Program-made: the position numbers and the translations under genes
Part shown: positions 45,649 through 55,645 of the stretch, piece after piece
Numbering within the stretch: the stretch's first letter is position 1
Layout: each line of letters starts with the position of its first letter
The notes under the pieces: generated by a model
The model's database searches: none
What the model saw: the letters and a program-made list of their open reading frames with translations, nothing else
What the model was told of the DNA's origin: nothing
Origin: a virus
IMG/VR virus record: IMGVR_UViG_3300028578_000003
Span: 99,218-163,217 of that record
Length of the DNA: 64,000 nucleotides
Direction: 5' to 3' (one strand)

Positions 45649-46878
45649 ATGGCCAGACAGGGCATCGGGCTACGCATAACCTATTGGCGGGGCCTGGCCG
45701 GCAAGACCCAGCAGGAGGTCGCCGACTCCATCGGCGTGACCCGCGAATTCATCTCGCAGGTCGAGAACGGCAAGAAGCCACTGACCAGGATCGACCACGC
45801 CCACGGCATCGCCCAGTTCCTCGGCATCTCGTTCAGCGACGTCGTCGGCCTGCCGTACACGCCGGCGGACCGCACCGACTACGAGAACACGATCGGGATC
45901 ACCCGGATCCGCGCCGCGATCGACGAAGGCGACGACCCGGTCGAGCCGCTGCCGATCCAGGAGCTCGCTCTGGCCGCTGACCGGGCGATGGCCGCACGCA
46001 TGGCCTGCGACGTCCCCCTGCTCGGCCAGCACCTGCCTGACCTGCTTTCCGGTGCCCGCGTGCGGTGGTTCGAACACGGCGACCGGCAGGCCGGAGAACT
46101 ACTGGTCAAAGGTGCCTTCACCGGATCGCTGGCGCTGAAGTCCGCCGGCTGGTTCGACCTGGGCTTCCGCCTCGCCGAGCTCGCCAACGCCGTCGCGACG
46201 GCGCTCGGCGACCCCGAGTGCATCGCGGCCGCCCGGTTCGCGGTGGCCCAGTGCGCGCTGACCAACGGCTCCCGCCGCCGCTCGCTACGCCTCGCCGTCG
46301 AAGGCGCCGAGGACCTCGACCGGCTGACCCGCCGCGGACAACTGCCCGCCCTCGTCCGCGAGGGCGTCATCTCCTGGAAGGGGCTGCTGCACCTGCAGGC
46401 CGCGTTGTCGCAGGCCGGCCTGCCGCACGAGGGCGGATCGCACACCGACGCCGTCGACGGGCACCTGGCCGAGGCCGCCGCCGCCGCCCGCCACGTCACC
46501 GTCGACAGTTGGCGTATGGGGTTCGGCACCGCGAACGTCAACGTCTGGGCGATCGGCGCGGCACTGGAGAGCGGAAACCCCGGCCGGGTCCGCGAGCTCG
46601 CCGCCCGCGTCGACGTCTCCCAGCTGCGTACCCCGCACCGGCTGTCCCGATTCCACCTGGACGTCGGCCGCGCCAGGTTCCTCGAGGAGGACGTGGACGG
46701 CGCCGTGCGGGCGTTCCTGCGCGCCGACCGCGCCGCCCCCGACGACCTGCGCCGCCGCGCCGACGTCGTCGAGATGGTCAGCCAGATGGTGCGTTCCGCG
46801 AGCGGGCCGCGCGGCGGGTCGTCCGAGCTGCGTGACCTGGCCGTCCGGGTCGGTGTCACCGAGCCGGACGCGAGTTAA
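45649..46878 (+). CDS. XRE-family transcriptional regulator with helical-repeat C-terminus
   Basis: IGLRITYWR...KTQQEVADSIGVTREFISQVENG; GFGTANV motif. Confidence 0.9.
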   Translation: MARQGIGLRITYWRGLAGKTQQEVADSIGVTREFISQVENGKKPLTRIDHAHGIAQFLGISFSDVVGLPYTPADRTDYENTIGITRIRAAIDEGDDPVEPLPIQELALAADRAMAARMACDVPLLGQHLPDLLSGARVRWFEHGDRQAGELLVKGAFTGSLALKSAGWFDLGFRLAELANAVATALGDPECIAAARFAVAQCALTNGSRRRSLRLAVEGAEDLDRLTRRGQLPALVREGVISWKGLLHLQAALSQAGLPHEGGSHTDAVDGHLAEAAAAARHVTVDSWRMGFGTANVNVWAIGAALESGNPGRVRELAARVDVSQLRTPHRLSRFHLDVGRARFLEEDVDGAVRAFLRADRAAPDDLRRRADVVEMVSQMVRSASGPRGGSSELRDLAVRVGVTEPDAS

Positions 46879-46917
46879 CCCCTGGTTACGCCAAGATCGC
46901 GAAGGTCGTCCTACGGT
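46875..46917 (+). promoter_or_regulatory. TTAAC-N5-GTTAC operator plus -10 (TACGGT) downstream of XRE gene
   Basis: TGGTTACGCCAAGATCGC identical to 15719-15736. Confidence 0.7.
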
Positions 46918-47030
46918 CGGGGCAACGTGAATGAAGTTCCGACCGGGGACGGCCAGTCACCCGCTCACAGCCCGCGAGAGCCCAAGCTCGCCGACTGACG
47001 CGCCGGCCTTCCCCTTCAGGGAGGGCCGCG

Positions 47031-47198
47031 ATGTCGACACCAAACCCGCCCGACCAGCCACGGCGCGTCCGCCCCCGCGCCTGCCCCACCCCGCCGTACG
47101 TCCCGGAGCACCCGGGTGGAGCACCACGCTCCACCCGGGTGCTCCTCCAGTTGACCCACACCCGCCCACACCGCCGCCTCACCGTGTCTGGTTCGTGA
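47031..47198 (+). CDS. Putative 55-aa Pro/Arg-rich peptide
   Basis: GGGAGG RBS in hairpin; below ORF-track cut-off. Confidence 0.35.
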   Translation: MSTPNPPDQPRRVRPRACPTPPYVPEHPGGAPRSTRVLLQLTHTRPHRRLTVSGS

Positions 47199-47250
47199 CA
47201 ACCAGTACTTTTAGGCAGAATCGAACCGACACAACCGACAAGATAGAGCC

Positions 47251-47568
47251 ATGAACACCACACTCGCGCTCTCCACGGCACTCGGCGCGATGGGCGTCAC
47301 CGGCCAGATCGTCGCCGCCCACCGCCCGATCATCGGCTGGAGCATCTCCATCGCCGCGCAGCCACTCTGGTACGCCTTCTACATCACCGTCGGCGCCTGG
47401 CCGCTGCTCGTGCTCTCCACCGGCTACTTCCTCGCCGCGACCCTGCACCTACGCAAAGCCCTCATCGCACGCCGCGGCGTCGACCCGCTGGCATACCCCG
47501 CCCGCGTCGCCCGGGCCGCCCGCACCCGCTGGTCACGCCGCCACGAACAGCCGATACCAGCCGCATGA
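47251..47568 (+). CDS. Small membrane protein (PnuC-like 3-TM, actinophage type)
   Basis: GVTGQIVA...GWSISIAAQPLWYAF pattern. Confidence 0.65.
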   Translation: MNTTLALSTALGAMGVTGQIVAAHRPIIGWSISIAAQPLWYAFYITVGAWPLLVLSTGYFLAATLHLRKALIARRGVDPLAYPARVARAARTRWSRRHEQPIPAA

Positions 47569-47735
47569 ACCAACGCGGACGCGGCGCCCGGACCGAGGTC
47601 CGAACGCCGCGTAGAAGGTGCGTGACCCCATCGGGATCCTCACCAACTGCGATAGAGCCATCCCCCCCACAAAGGGGGAAAAGGAGCCTCCACGTCGGCG
47701 AGGACCGCGAAGGGCCAAGCAGTTGGTGCAAGGCG

Positions 47736-48188
47736 TCAGGCTACCGCGCGGGGGAAGGTCGACACCAGACCCACATTCTCCTCAACCACGCCGAGCGACT
47801 GCCGCGCCGCCGCACCGACCTCGAACGTGACCGCCTGCAGCCCGGCGTCGAACCGCGCCGGATAGTCACCGACCTGGACGCCGTAGTGCCCGACGAACGT
47901 GGTCGCCCACACACCCCGCACCCAGTAGTCGGACCGCATCGACACCAGGTCGTGCCGCGCGCCGCGCGGAACGTCGCGGAACGTCGTCGGCTGCACCGCA
48001 GCGACCCGCGCGTCCCGGTCGAACAACACCTTCACCAGGCCCGACCGCTCCGGCGCGAACGGCTCCAGCAATTCCCACGCCAGGTAGTTGAACAGCAACA
48101 GGCCACGCTGGTCCACCTGCACGACCGGACCCGACCGAAGCGGCTCGTAGCCGCCCACGGCCGTGTCCTGGTCGAAAACCTCGAACAT
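47736..48188 (-). CDS. Hypothetical protein
   Basis: GGAGG RBS before MFEVFD. Confidence 0.7.
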   Translation of the reverse strand: MFEVFDQDTAVGGYEPLRSGPVVQVDQRGLLLFNYLAWELLEPFAPERSGLVKVLFDRDARVAAVQPTTFRDVPRGARHDLVSMRSDYWVRGVWATTFVGHYGVQVGDYPARFDAGLQAVTFEVGAAARQSLGVVEENVGLVSTFPRAVA

Positions 48189-48434
48189 GCCGACCTCCAA
48201 CGCCGCCCAAGTCGCCGCCGCCCGCGACGCGATGCCCCGCCGGGTCACCAACCGACAGGTCCGACACGATGGTACGACGCTCAGCCACGCTGGTCCACGG
48301 GGCCCACGCGCCGACCAGAGCGCTAAGTTACTCCGGATGGCGAAAAGTGTCAGTCACGCAGTAGGGGTATTTCCTGGGTGCGGAGTAGATTGCGGGGTGA
48401 CCTGGCTCCGCCTACCGACCGAGGAGAAAGACGA

Positions 48435-48970
48435 GTGATCACCCCCACCGCGATCGCTGACCCGATCGCCGCGCTGACCGGCCGCTGGCGGCGCTCGGCC
48501 GCGCCGGCGTGGTCGTCCACGACTGGCGGCCCGGCACCCATGCCCGCAACCTGGACACGACGCTGGAGACCCGCGCCTGCGTGACCGGGTTCGCCGACGA
48601 CGAGACGAAGGACTGGCTCGACAACCTGCTGTACTTCGCCGGCAACCAGCCCGGCGCCACCAAGTACGAACTGGCCCACGTCCTGGAGCTGTACGGGCCC
48701 GGCTGTCGGGAGTACGACGCCTCCGGCGGAGACGACTCCGCCCGCTACCTGGGTCCATGGGTGGAGCGCATCGATGGCCAGGTGACAGCCCGCATCGGCA
48801 GCCAGATGAACGCCGACCAGGTGTACCGGGCATTCCCCACCTTCGCCGTCGCGGGGGAACTACAGCGGGCGTGGCAGATCATGATCTGCGCGCCGACGTG
48901 GGGGGACGGGCGCATGTTCGACGACCTTCTCCGCCTGCTCTGCAAGAACCGCCGTCCCGCGATGGCGTGA
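48435..48970 (+). pseudogene. Hypothetical gene with apparent 1-nt frameshift near 48482 (or CDS 48509-48970)
   Basis: Strong RBS/GTG at 48435 is out of frame with the high-GC3 body. Confidence 0.5.
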
Positions 48971-49033
48971 ATCCGACCGCACGCAACGCGGCGTCGGGCC
49001 GGCCCCGACGCCGCGTTTTATCTTGTGCCTGAT

Positions 49034-49423
49034 CTACGCGCCCGCGTCTTTCCCGCTGGTACCGGCCAGAAGACGGTCGATCGCGTCGTGCCAGCGCCCG
49101 TGCAGCACCGTGTTGCCGACCACGGCGCCGCACCGGGGGCATTCCGAATCCGCGATCACCACCCCAGCCGGGCCCTGCCCGACCTCGACGCGCCGCGGCG
49201 TCTCCCCGTCCCGATAGATCGCGAACGCGGCCGGCCCGGCGGCGTCGGCCTGCACCCCCAGCCACGTCCCCCACACATTGCGGCGGCCGCCCTCCGGAAC
49301 CGGCGGCAACTCCACCGACCCGTCAGTCACCAGCCGGACGTACACCACCTCCACCAGCTCGCCGTCCCGGTCGGTGGGCAGACAGTCGAGCACTACGTCG
49401 ACGCGGTCACCGTGCCTCAGCAT
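49034..49423 (-). CDS. Hypothetical protein with CxxC..H motif
   Basis: CPRCGAVV...LHGRWH. Confidence 0.65.
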   Translation of the reverse strand: MLRHGDRVDVVLDCLPTDRDGELVEVVYVRLVTDGSVELPPVPEGGRRNVWGTWLGVQADAAGPAAFAIYRDGETPRRVEVGQGPAGVVIADSECPRCGAVVGNTVLHGRWHDAIDRLLAGTSGKDAGA

Positions 49424-50228
49424 CCGGCTCTCCCTCGCTGTCCGCCGCCGGCGGTTCGGTTTCCTCGACCTGGTCGACGTCGTCGCTCACCGCCGCGTCT
49501 ACACCCATGATGAGCTGCCCCTTCGGACCGACCGCGAGCTCGCCGGCCGGCACCGGCTCATCCATCGGGTGCGCGCCGCCGCGCTCGTCGATCCAGCCGG
49601 TCACGCCGTGCGCCCGGGCCAACCCGGTCACCATGCCCAGCAACGCCGACCGCACCCGCTGCTGCGATTCGTGCTCCACCCGCGCGGCTTCCAGCAGCAC
49701 GGACAACTCGCCGGCGCCGCGATGAGCGACCTCGAGCAGGTACTCGTCGCCCTCCAGCCGCTTCTGCAGGTGCTTCGTACGCGGGTCCTCCGCCCACCCG
49801 TCAGCTGCCAGCGGGTCCTGTCCCAGCGGCTGTCGGCGCAGCAGCCGGCCCAGCAGGTGAACCGCCGCGTCCAGCGAATGCCGCCCCCGGTCAAACCCGG
49901 GGAACGACGCGAACACCGCGGCGGTCGAGACCAGCGCCTGCGCGAGCTCCGGATCGTTGATCGTGATGCCCGCCTCGGCCAGCTCGGCGGCGGCGTAGGC
50001 GGCCAGCGGAAGACCATCCCGCCCAGGGCTGTCCAACTGCCCTACCCACGCCCCCCGGCCCGGTAATACATGCAGGCGACCGCCCCCGCCGTCTTCGCTG
50101 CCCACCAACGCCCCCTGTCCCGCCATCCCCTTGAAGATCAACAGATCCGCGTCCGGATCCGACTTACCCGCTGTCCCGACCGCCGCGACACCACGCGGCG
50201 CTGGCCTGACCACCTCAGCCCGCGTCAT
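49407..50228 (-). CDS. Hypothetical protein
   Basis: Member of overlapping minus-strand operon. Confidence 0.65.
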   Translation of the reverse strand: MTRAEVVRPAPRGVAAVGTAGKSDPDADLLIFKGMAGQGALVGSEDGGGGRLHVLPGRGAWVGQLDSPGRDGLPLAAYAAAELAEAGITINDPELAQALVSTAAVFASFPGFDRGRHSLDAAVHLLGRLLRRQPLGQDPLAADGWAEDPRTKHLQKRLEGDEYLLEVAHRGAGELSVLLEAARVEHESQQRVRSALLGMVTGLARAHGVTGWIDERGGAHPMDEPVPAGELAVGPKGQLIMGVDAAVSDDVDQVEETEPPAADSEGEPDAEAR

Positions 50229-51129
50229 CGTCCACCCCCGCGCCGCCCGCCCGCTCCACACGCTCCGACCCCAGGATCCAAGGGAACTGCGGGTTCGGCG
50301 GCTGGTCGCGACCAGCGATGCTCATCTCAACCAGCCGCGCGGCGGCCTCCCGAGCGGCCGGGTCCATCCGCCGCCACGCCGCAGCCGACGAACCCGGCTC
50401 CACCGACGCGTCGCTGTCCGCCAACGCGCACATCCGCGCGAACGCCGCCCGCGCCTCCTCCGGCGTCCTCAACCTCACCTGCGCCGCCGCATCCACCAGC
50501 TCCTCCATCCCCTCCCGCCCGTCCAGGTACGGCCCCCGGATGTCGGCGAACCCGTCCGCACCAGGCGGGAAGGCGGCCGTGAACCGTCGCCGGCAGTTGC
50601 CGGCGATCAGCGCCATACCGGCCGGGGTGAAACCCTCCAGCGTGGCCGGCTGCGCGACGAACCCCCCGTCCGGCATCGCGGCCACCGTGTACGCCGGCAC
50701 GGGCCGCGGCGGAGAACCAGCCGCGGCCCGCTCGAACAGCAGCGTCCGGTACCCGATCTGCTCCTCCAGGTCCTGGGTCGGCCAGCGACAGTAGGGGCAG
50801 TACCCCTGCTCGACGTCGGCCCGCGCGGACACGTAGTTCCAGCACATCGGACACCACATCCGCTCCCCGTCAGGCACCAAGTGCCCGGCCGGCGGCGCCT
50901 GGTCGACTTCAGCCACGGGTGTCTCCTCTGCGGTCGGGGGATCTGGCCTCAGCACCGTAGCGGCCAGCTCCGGATCCGCGCGCAGGCACTTCACCACCCT
51001 GATCACCGCATCCACCGTGTCGCCGCCGAACACGGCGCCACCCTGGTCGAGCTGACGCACCAGCCGCGACAACGCCGCCAAGAACGCGTCGTCGTCCGGC
51101 AGGCCGCGCAGCCGGTCGTGGACGGTCAC
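50215..51129 (-). CDS. Hypothetical protein with zinc ribbon
   Basis: CPMC...CPYC. Confidence 0.65.
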   Translation of the reverse strand: MTVHDRLRGLPDDDAFLAALSRLVRQLDQGGAVFGGDTVDAVIRVVKCLRADPELAATVLRPDPPTAEETPVAEVDQAPPAGHLVPDGERMWCPMCWNYVSARADVEQGYCPYCRWPTQDLEEQIGYRTLLFERAAAGSPPRPVPAYTVAAMPDGGFVAQPATLEGFTPAGMALIAGNCRRRFTAAFPPGADGFADIRGPYLDGREGMEELVDAAAQVRLRTPEEARAAFARMCALADSDASVEPGSSAAAWRRMDPAAREAAARLVEMSIAGRDQPPNPQFPWILGSERVERAGGAGVDDDAG

Positions 51130-51482
51130 GGCGTCCAAACCCCTCCCGCGAGCACGTCGAGCAGCTCGTCGAGCGCCCGCTGCGCGTCGACCGGCTCCGC
51201 CAGGTAGCGCAGCGCCCGGACCATGCCACCGTCATCGCGGCGGGCGACAGTCAACGAGAACATCGGGTCCTGAAGGTCGCGCTCGTTAAGACCGATCTGC
51301 AACGCGGCGCCGCCGCCGTAGTAGGCGACCACCCGGCCAGCCTCCACCCGCAGAGCGCCAGCATGAGCGACATTGGCCCACACCACCGCACCGACCACGC
51401 GGTCACGAGCGGGCGCCCACGCCTCGCGCATCAGGATCGTCAGGTCCTCCGGTGCCGGCGGCGTCGGGTCTGTCCGCCTCAT
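51126..51482 (-). CDS. Hypothetical protein
   Basis: 4-bp overlaps on both sides. Confidence 0.65.
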   Translation of the reverse strand: MRRTDPTPPAPEDLTILMREAWAPARDRVVGAVVWANVAHAGALRVEAGRVVAYYGGGAALQIGLNERDLQDPMFSLTVARRDDGGMVRALRYLAEPVDAQRALDELLDVLAGGVWTP

Positions 51483-52063
51483 GGGGCCCCACCTACCGTC
51501 CTCGGTTGGACCGGGCCGAGGGGCGGATCAACCCTCGGCCCGGAGAAGACGTCCACCCCCGGCGGCACGGGCAACTCACCGGGCAAACCAGGGCGAACCG
51601 ACCAAAGGTTACCGCCCGTCTGGTAGGCGACAGGCGAGCCACGCCGACCCCAGACCCCCGCCGCCGCAGGCGGGTCGATCGTGGTCATGCGCACCGGCTT
51701 GTTCCCGCCGAACACGGACACCGCGACCTGGTCCGATCCGTCGGTGGTGCAGCCGAGGTTCTCCCACTGGCCGGGCTCGGTGGCGGGCAAAGGCTCGGGC
51801 CGCCAGTCGGCGGCGATGATGACGTATTCGTAGCCGTCGACCATTTCCTCGAACGTGCCGCCGTGGTCCAGCCCGCGCAGCTTGGTCAAGGCCTCGATGC
51901 CCGCGCTCTTGCACCAGGGGCAGTCGTCATCCACGAAGTTCACCAGCCGGGCGACCAGGTGGTCGCGGGCCTCGTCCCAGGACAGGTCCGTGAGATCCAG
52001 GATCGTGATGTCCGGGTGGCCGTCGTCCCAGCATCCGATGAAGGCGCGCCAACTGTCGCTCAT
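51479..52063 (-). CDS. Hypothetical protein
   Basis: Start at MSDSWR; high GC3. Confidence 0.65.
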   Translation of the reverse strand: MSDSWRAFIGCWDDGHPDITILDLTDLSWDEARDHLVARLVNFVDDDCPWCKSAGIEALTKLRGLDHGGTFEEMVDGYEYVIIAADWRPEPLPATEPGQWENLGCTTDGSDQVAVSVFGGNKPVRMTTIDPPAAAGVWGRRGSPVAYQTGGNLWSVRPGLPGELPVPPGVDVFSGPRVDPPLGPVQPRTVGGAP

Positions 52064-52136
52064 GCCGTGGATCGTAGATCTTGGTGCGAGGGCGGGCGGC
52101 GTGATAAACCATCCCTCATCAGGGGGAAACCCCCGA

Positions 52137-52679
52137 TCAGTCGTCCTCCAGCACCCGCCACCACCGACGCCCACCATGCGCCTCAGCCTCCACGGACAGA
52201 TCCCCACCACCCAAGTCGACCGGCCCGAAGGCACACCGCTCACCAGCGATCCGCTCCACCCGCCGCCCAACCTCATCGAACCGGTCCGCCACCAACGTCA
52301 CATACCGCAGCGCCGGCCAACTCGCGCCGCCCCGGATCGCCCTGGCGATCGCCAGAATGGTCGACACCCGCGGGTAGAGCACGGCCGCGACACCGATGAC
52401 GCCGCCACGCCCACACACAACCCGATCCGCCCCACCCGCCAACCCGAACCCATCACCGGGCGGGTGCACGAACCCGCCCGGCATGGCGACGTCGACGTCG
52501 CCGACCCACACCAGCCAGCCCTGCCCATACGGCCCGAACTTCTCCCGCAACGCCGCCACACTCGCCTCATCCGCCTCGACCGGCTCAACCGCGTAGTACA
52601 TAGGGCCGCCGGCGCGCTCCTCCTCCTCCCGCTCCAGCACCAGATCCATGGAGTCCAGGTCCTCCTGCGAGTCATACAC
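52137..52679 (-). CDS. Hypothetical protein
   Basis: Overlaps upstream gene end. Confidence 0.55.
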   Translation of the reverse strand: MYDSQEDLDSMDLVLEREEEERAGGPMYYAVEPVEADEASVAALREKFGPYGQGWLVWVGDVDVAMPGGFVHPPGDGFGLAGGADRVVCGRGGVIGVAAVLYPRVSTILAIARAIRGGASWPALRYVTLVADRFDEVGRRVERIAGERCAFGPVDLGGGDLSVEAEAHGGRRWWRVLEDD

Positions 52680-53229
52680 CGCCGAGCCCCACCAGTGCGA
52701 GCAAGAAAGGCTCGGCGAACAGCCTGCCCTCCCCACGCGTAGGCCTCCCCACCAGCAACTCGAGGTCGTCGCTCTGGCCAGCCTTGGGACCGGTCAACCA
52801 CCGCCGACCACGCCACCGCCGCCCATCGCGGCACGCCGCGTACACGCCGGTCGCCTCCACCACGTCAGGATGCTCGGCCAGCCGCCCCTCCCGCTGCAGG
52901 CGCCGCCCCAGAGCATCCATCCTCTCCACGAACCACCCCTCCTCACTGAGGCCAGCGAACAGCACCTCCCGCCCCTGATCGACCAGCCGCGCACCGGCCG
53001 CCCTGATCGACCGCGCGATGAACTCCTCGGGCCGTTCACCACTGGCCGGGCTATCCGGCGCGATCGCGGAGATGTCAGTCTCAAGCTGCTGCTCGAAGGA
53101 AAGCCCGAGCGGCCCGACCGCGCCCGCGACCCTCGACACGATGTGCAGGTGGTGCAGCGCGGAGCCAGGCACCGAACTGCTGAGCAGCATGTTGAGATGC
53201 CGCATGATCAGGTCTTCAGGAATCGACAT
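52672..53229 (-). CDS. Hypothetical protein
   Basis: 185 aa, operon member. Confidence 0.7.
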   Translation of the reverse strand: MSIPEDLIMRHLNMLLSSSVPGSALHHLHIVSRVAGAVGPLGLSFEQQLETDISAIAPDSPASGERPEEFIARSIRAAGARLVDQGREVLFAGLSEEGWFVERMDALGRRLQREGRLAEHPDVVEATGVYAACRDGRRWRGRRWLTGPKAGQSDDLELLVGRPTRGEGRLFAEPFLLALVGLGGV

Positions 53230-54370
53230 CGGCCTGCCCCTTGAACATCAGCCTGAGTAGCTCTACGAGCCGGTTCGCGTCACGCCGAATCGCACGCCGG
53301 CTGACGGGCTTGGTCACCCGACCGCGGGACCGGTAGTACCGACGCCGCTGCGCCCGCAGCCGCATCCGCTGCACCAGATGGGCGTACTCCACCATCCACC
53401 CGTGACCGGCCACCGCCGCCTGACGAGTCGCGTAATGCGCCTCCAGCGCGTTGCCCAACTCCGCCCCGCCCACACGAAGCGCCACCTCAAACGGCAGGTC
53501 CCGGTCGGGCCCATCGAAGACCGGTAAAACCCTCAGGACCGTCGACACGCGGGCCCGGGTCAACCCGTACCAGAGGCCCTCGGTCAACGCGACGCGCCGC
53601 TCCGCGACGTCGAGCGGCGGCCTGGGGGAGGGCGGCCCGTCGAGCCGGTAGTACCGCGGCCCCGACCACCTCATCACCGTCGCGCGCGCCTCGAGCTGCT
53701 GAACAACTACCGTCGCGGGGTACTCGAGACCACGCATCGAACTCCCCGAACCAGCCAACTCCGCAGCCTCACGTCCCGCTGCCGCCAATTCCTCGCGCGT
53801 CGGCGGCCGCCCGACGCGCTCCACAGAGATCTCCAGATCCGCACCCGAATCGACCACATAATGCGCCCCTGCCGGCAGGTCGTGCATCGCTAACAGCGGA
53901 CCATCGCGCGTCGCCGCGAACCCAACCCCATCGACGACCATCGGATAGCCGGACAGCGCGACGGCCGGACCCCACCGCCCAACAATGTGATCCGGCCGGT
54001 CGGGCAGATACAGGGCCCTCACCCGGCCCAGGCCGCTCGCCTCGCGCCGCGCCCAACCGGCGGCGGTCGCGACGATGTAGTGGACCTCCACAGCGACCGC
54101 CAACTCCTCAGCCGGGCACCTGATCTCGCTGTGATCAGCAGCACCGATGGGATCTTCCGGCCCCTCGAAGCAGACCAGCGCGCCCAGTTCGGGGCTGCTG
54201 GTAGCCAGCACGCGGCCGGGTAGGCGCGCCATGGCGGCCGCAGTGATAGGGAACGACAGCTCGCGGGCGTAGCGCGGCGGGACAAAGACGAGGTCGCCAA
54301 CCTGGTGCGGACGGGCCAGCCGGATGTAGTTGATCGGGACATGCGCGACGTCGAGATCGAGTTGATCCAC
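53216..54370 (-). CDS. Hypothetical protein
   Basis: 384 aa, operon member. Confidence 0.65.
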   Translation of the reverse strand: MDQLDLDVAHVPINYIRLARPHQVGDLVFVPPRYARELSFPITAAAMARLPGRVLATSSPELGALVCFEGPEDPIGAADHSEIRCPAEELAVAVEVHYIVATAAGWARREASGLGRVRALYLPDRPDHIVGRWGPAVALSGYPMVVDGVGFAATRDGPLLAMHDLPAGAHYVVDSGADLEISVERVGRPPTREELAAAGREAAELAGSGSSMRGLEYPATVVVQQLEARATVMRWSGPRYYRLDGPPSPRPPLDVAERRVALTEGLWYGLTRARVSTVLRVLPVFDGPDRDLPFEVALRVGGAELGNALEAHYATRQAAVAGHGWMVEYAHLVQRMRLRAQRRRYYRSRGRVTKPVSRRAIRRDANRLVELLRLMFKGQADVDS

Positions 54371-54409
54371 AAGAATTCCAGACTCAATAGGGGGCCGCCA
54401 ACTCCGGTG

Positions 54410-54829
54410 TCATGTCGGGGCAAGGCGCCACACAGACCCGTTCTGTTCAAAACCCCGCTCGATGAGCACATCCGCCGGTCCCACGATCGCGATCAGCACG
54501 GCACCGTGACGCTCGGCCAGGTCCGCTGCCTCGCGCACCAGCGCCTCGTACACGTGCTGTTTCTGCGTGGCCACATCCGCGCCCATGTTGTCGCCGAGAC
54601 GGAACCCGAGACGGAACCACGTCAGCGTGGCGAGCAGGAAGGTGTCCTTGTTGAACGTCAGCACCAGCGCCTCGCCGGCGAGGCCGTCGCCCTGGCGCAC
54701 CTGGACCTTGACAGCAGATATCCCCACGTCCAGGAACTGCACCTGGAGATCCTTGCCAGCGAGCGCACTCTCATTCCCAGCGTCAGTTCCCATGATCGTC
54801 CCCCCGTGTCCCGAGATCGGCTTGATCAA
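54410..54829 (-). CDS. Hypothetical protein
   Basis: Coupled to upstream gene. Confidence 0.6.
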   Translation of the reverse strand: MIKPISGHGGTIMGTDAGNESALAGKDLQVQFLDVGISAVKVQVRQGDGLAGEALVLTFNKDTFLLATLTWFRLGFRLGDNMGADVATQKQHVYEALVREAADLAERHGAVLIAIVGPADVLIERGFEQNGSVWRLAPT

Positions 54830-55290
54830 CCGCGAGCATCGGCCAGTCGCTTACCGGCGATCGCCAGCATCGAGGCCAGCACCACCGGCTCCGGACCATC
54901 CTCTCGCAGAAGCCACGCCGCGACGTCGGCGGTCGTCATCGGCATGCCGAGCGCCGCGATGCCGAACATGAGGACGAGCTGGTCGACCTGGGCGCCGAGC
55001 TCGGCCTCAGCCTGGTCGGCGGCCGCCACCTGCGCGGGAGGCGGGCCCACTGCCACCAACCCCGGGCCGCGTAGAAGCTGATAGCCCACCACGGCCACAC
55101 CCGCCTCGGGCAGGTTCGCCCCCCGCGCGATCTGCCTCCCGATCTCGACGATTTCGGCGTACTCGGTGATCGGAAACTCAACCTTGACCTCGCGGCTGCC
55201 GAAGCCGTCGGGGTGGGAGTACGAGACGAAATAGACGAACGAAAGATCATTCGGTGGCTGCTGGCCGGTGGCCTCGCCCCCCATGATCAT
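54826..55290 (-). CDS. Hypothetical protein
   Basis: YFVSYSH..GFG N-terminal domain. Confidence 0.65.
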   Translation of the reverse strand: MIMGGEATGQQPPNDLSFVYFVSYSHPDGFGSREVKVEFPITEYAEIVEIGRQIARGANLPEAGVAVVGYQLLRGPGLVAVGPPPAQVAAADQAEAELGAQVDQLVLMFGIAALGMPMTTADVAAWLLREDGPEPVVLASMLAIAGKRLADARG

Positions 55291-55477
55291 CGGGGGCCTG
55301 GCGAATCTAGATCCACTTCACGTCCAGATGTTGACCATGCGCGAGGTCCAGGAAAAGCGCCCCTCACGCGTCGGCGCATCCCGGCACCGTATATCGCGAC
55401 AACCCGCAACTCGTGTACGCGCAGCGACGAAACAGCCGAACGACGGAGGCCGGGGAACGAACCCCCTGCGGAGCGGT

Positions 55478-55509
55478 CCTCCTCTGTTAAGGTGTGTTAT
55501 GCGCGGAGG
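55478..55509. other. Putative tyrosine-recombinase site (13-6-13, loxP/dif-like)
   Basis: CCTCCTCTGTTAA-GGTGTG-TTATGCGCGGAGG, arms 9/13 inverted match. Confidence 0.6.
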
Positions 55510-55645
55510 TCTTTCAGCCCAGAATCCAGACCCTCAACCCAACACCGGCGCCGGGGGTGCCGCTACTCCCCGTGACGACCGGATTGAGGCCCATCCCGAC
55601 GACATCAGCGGCGGCCGCAGCGAATGGCACCGGACGTCCCCGGCG

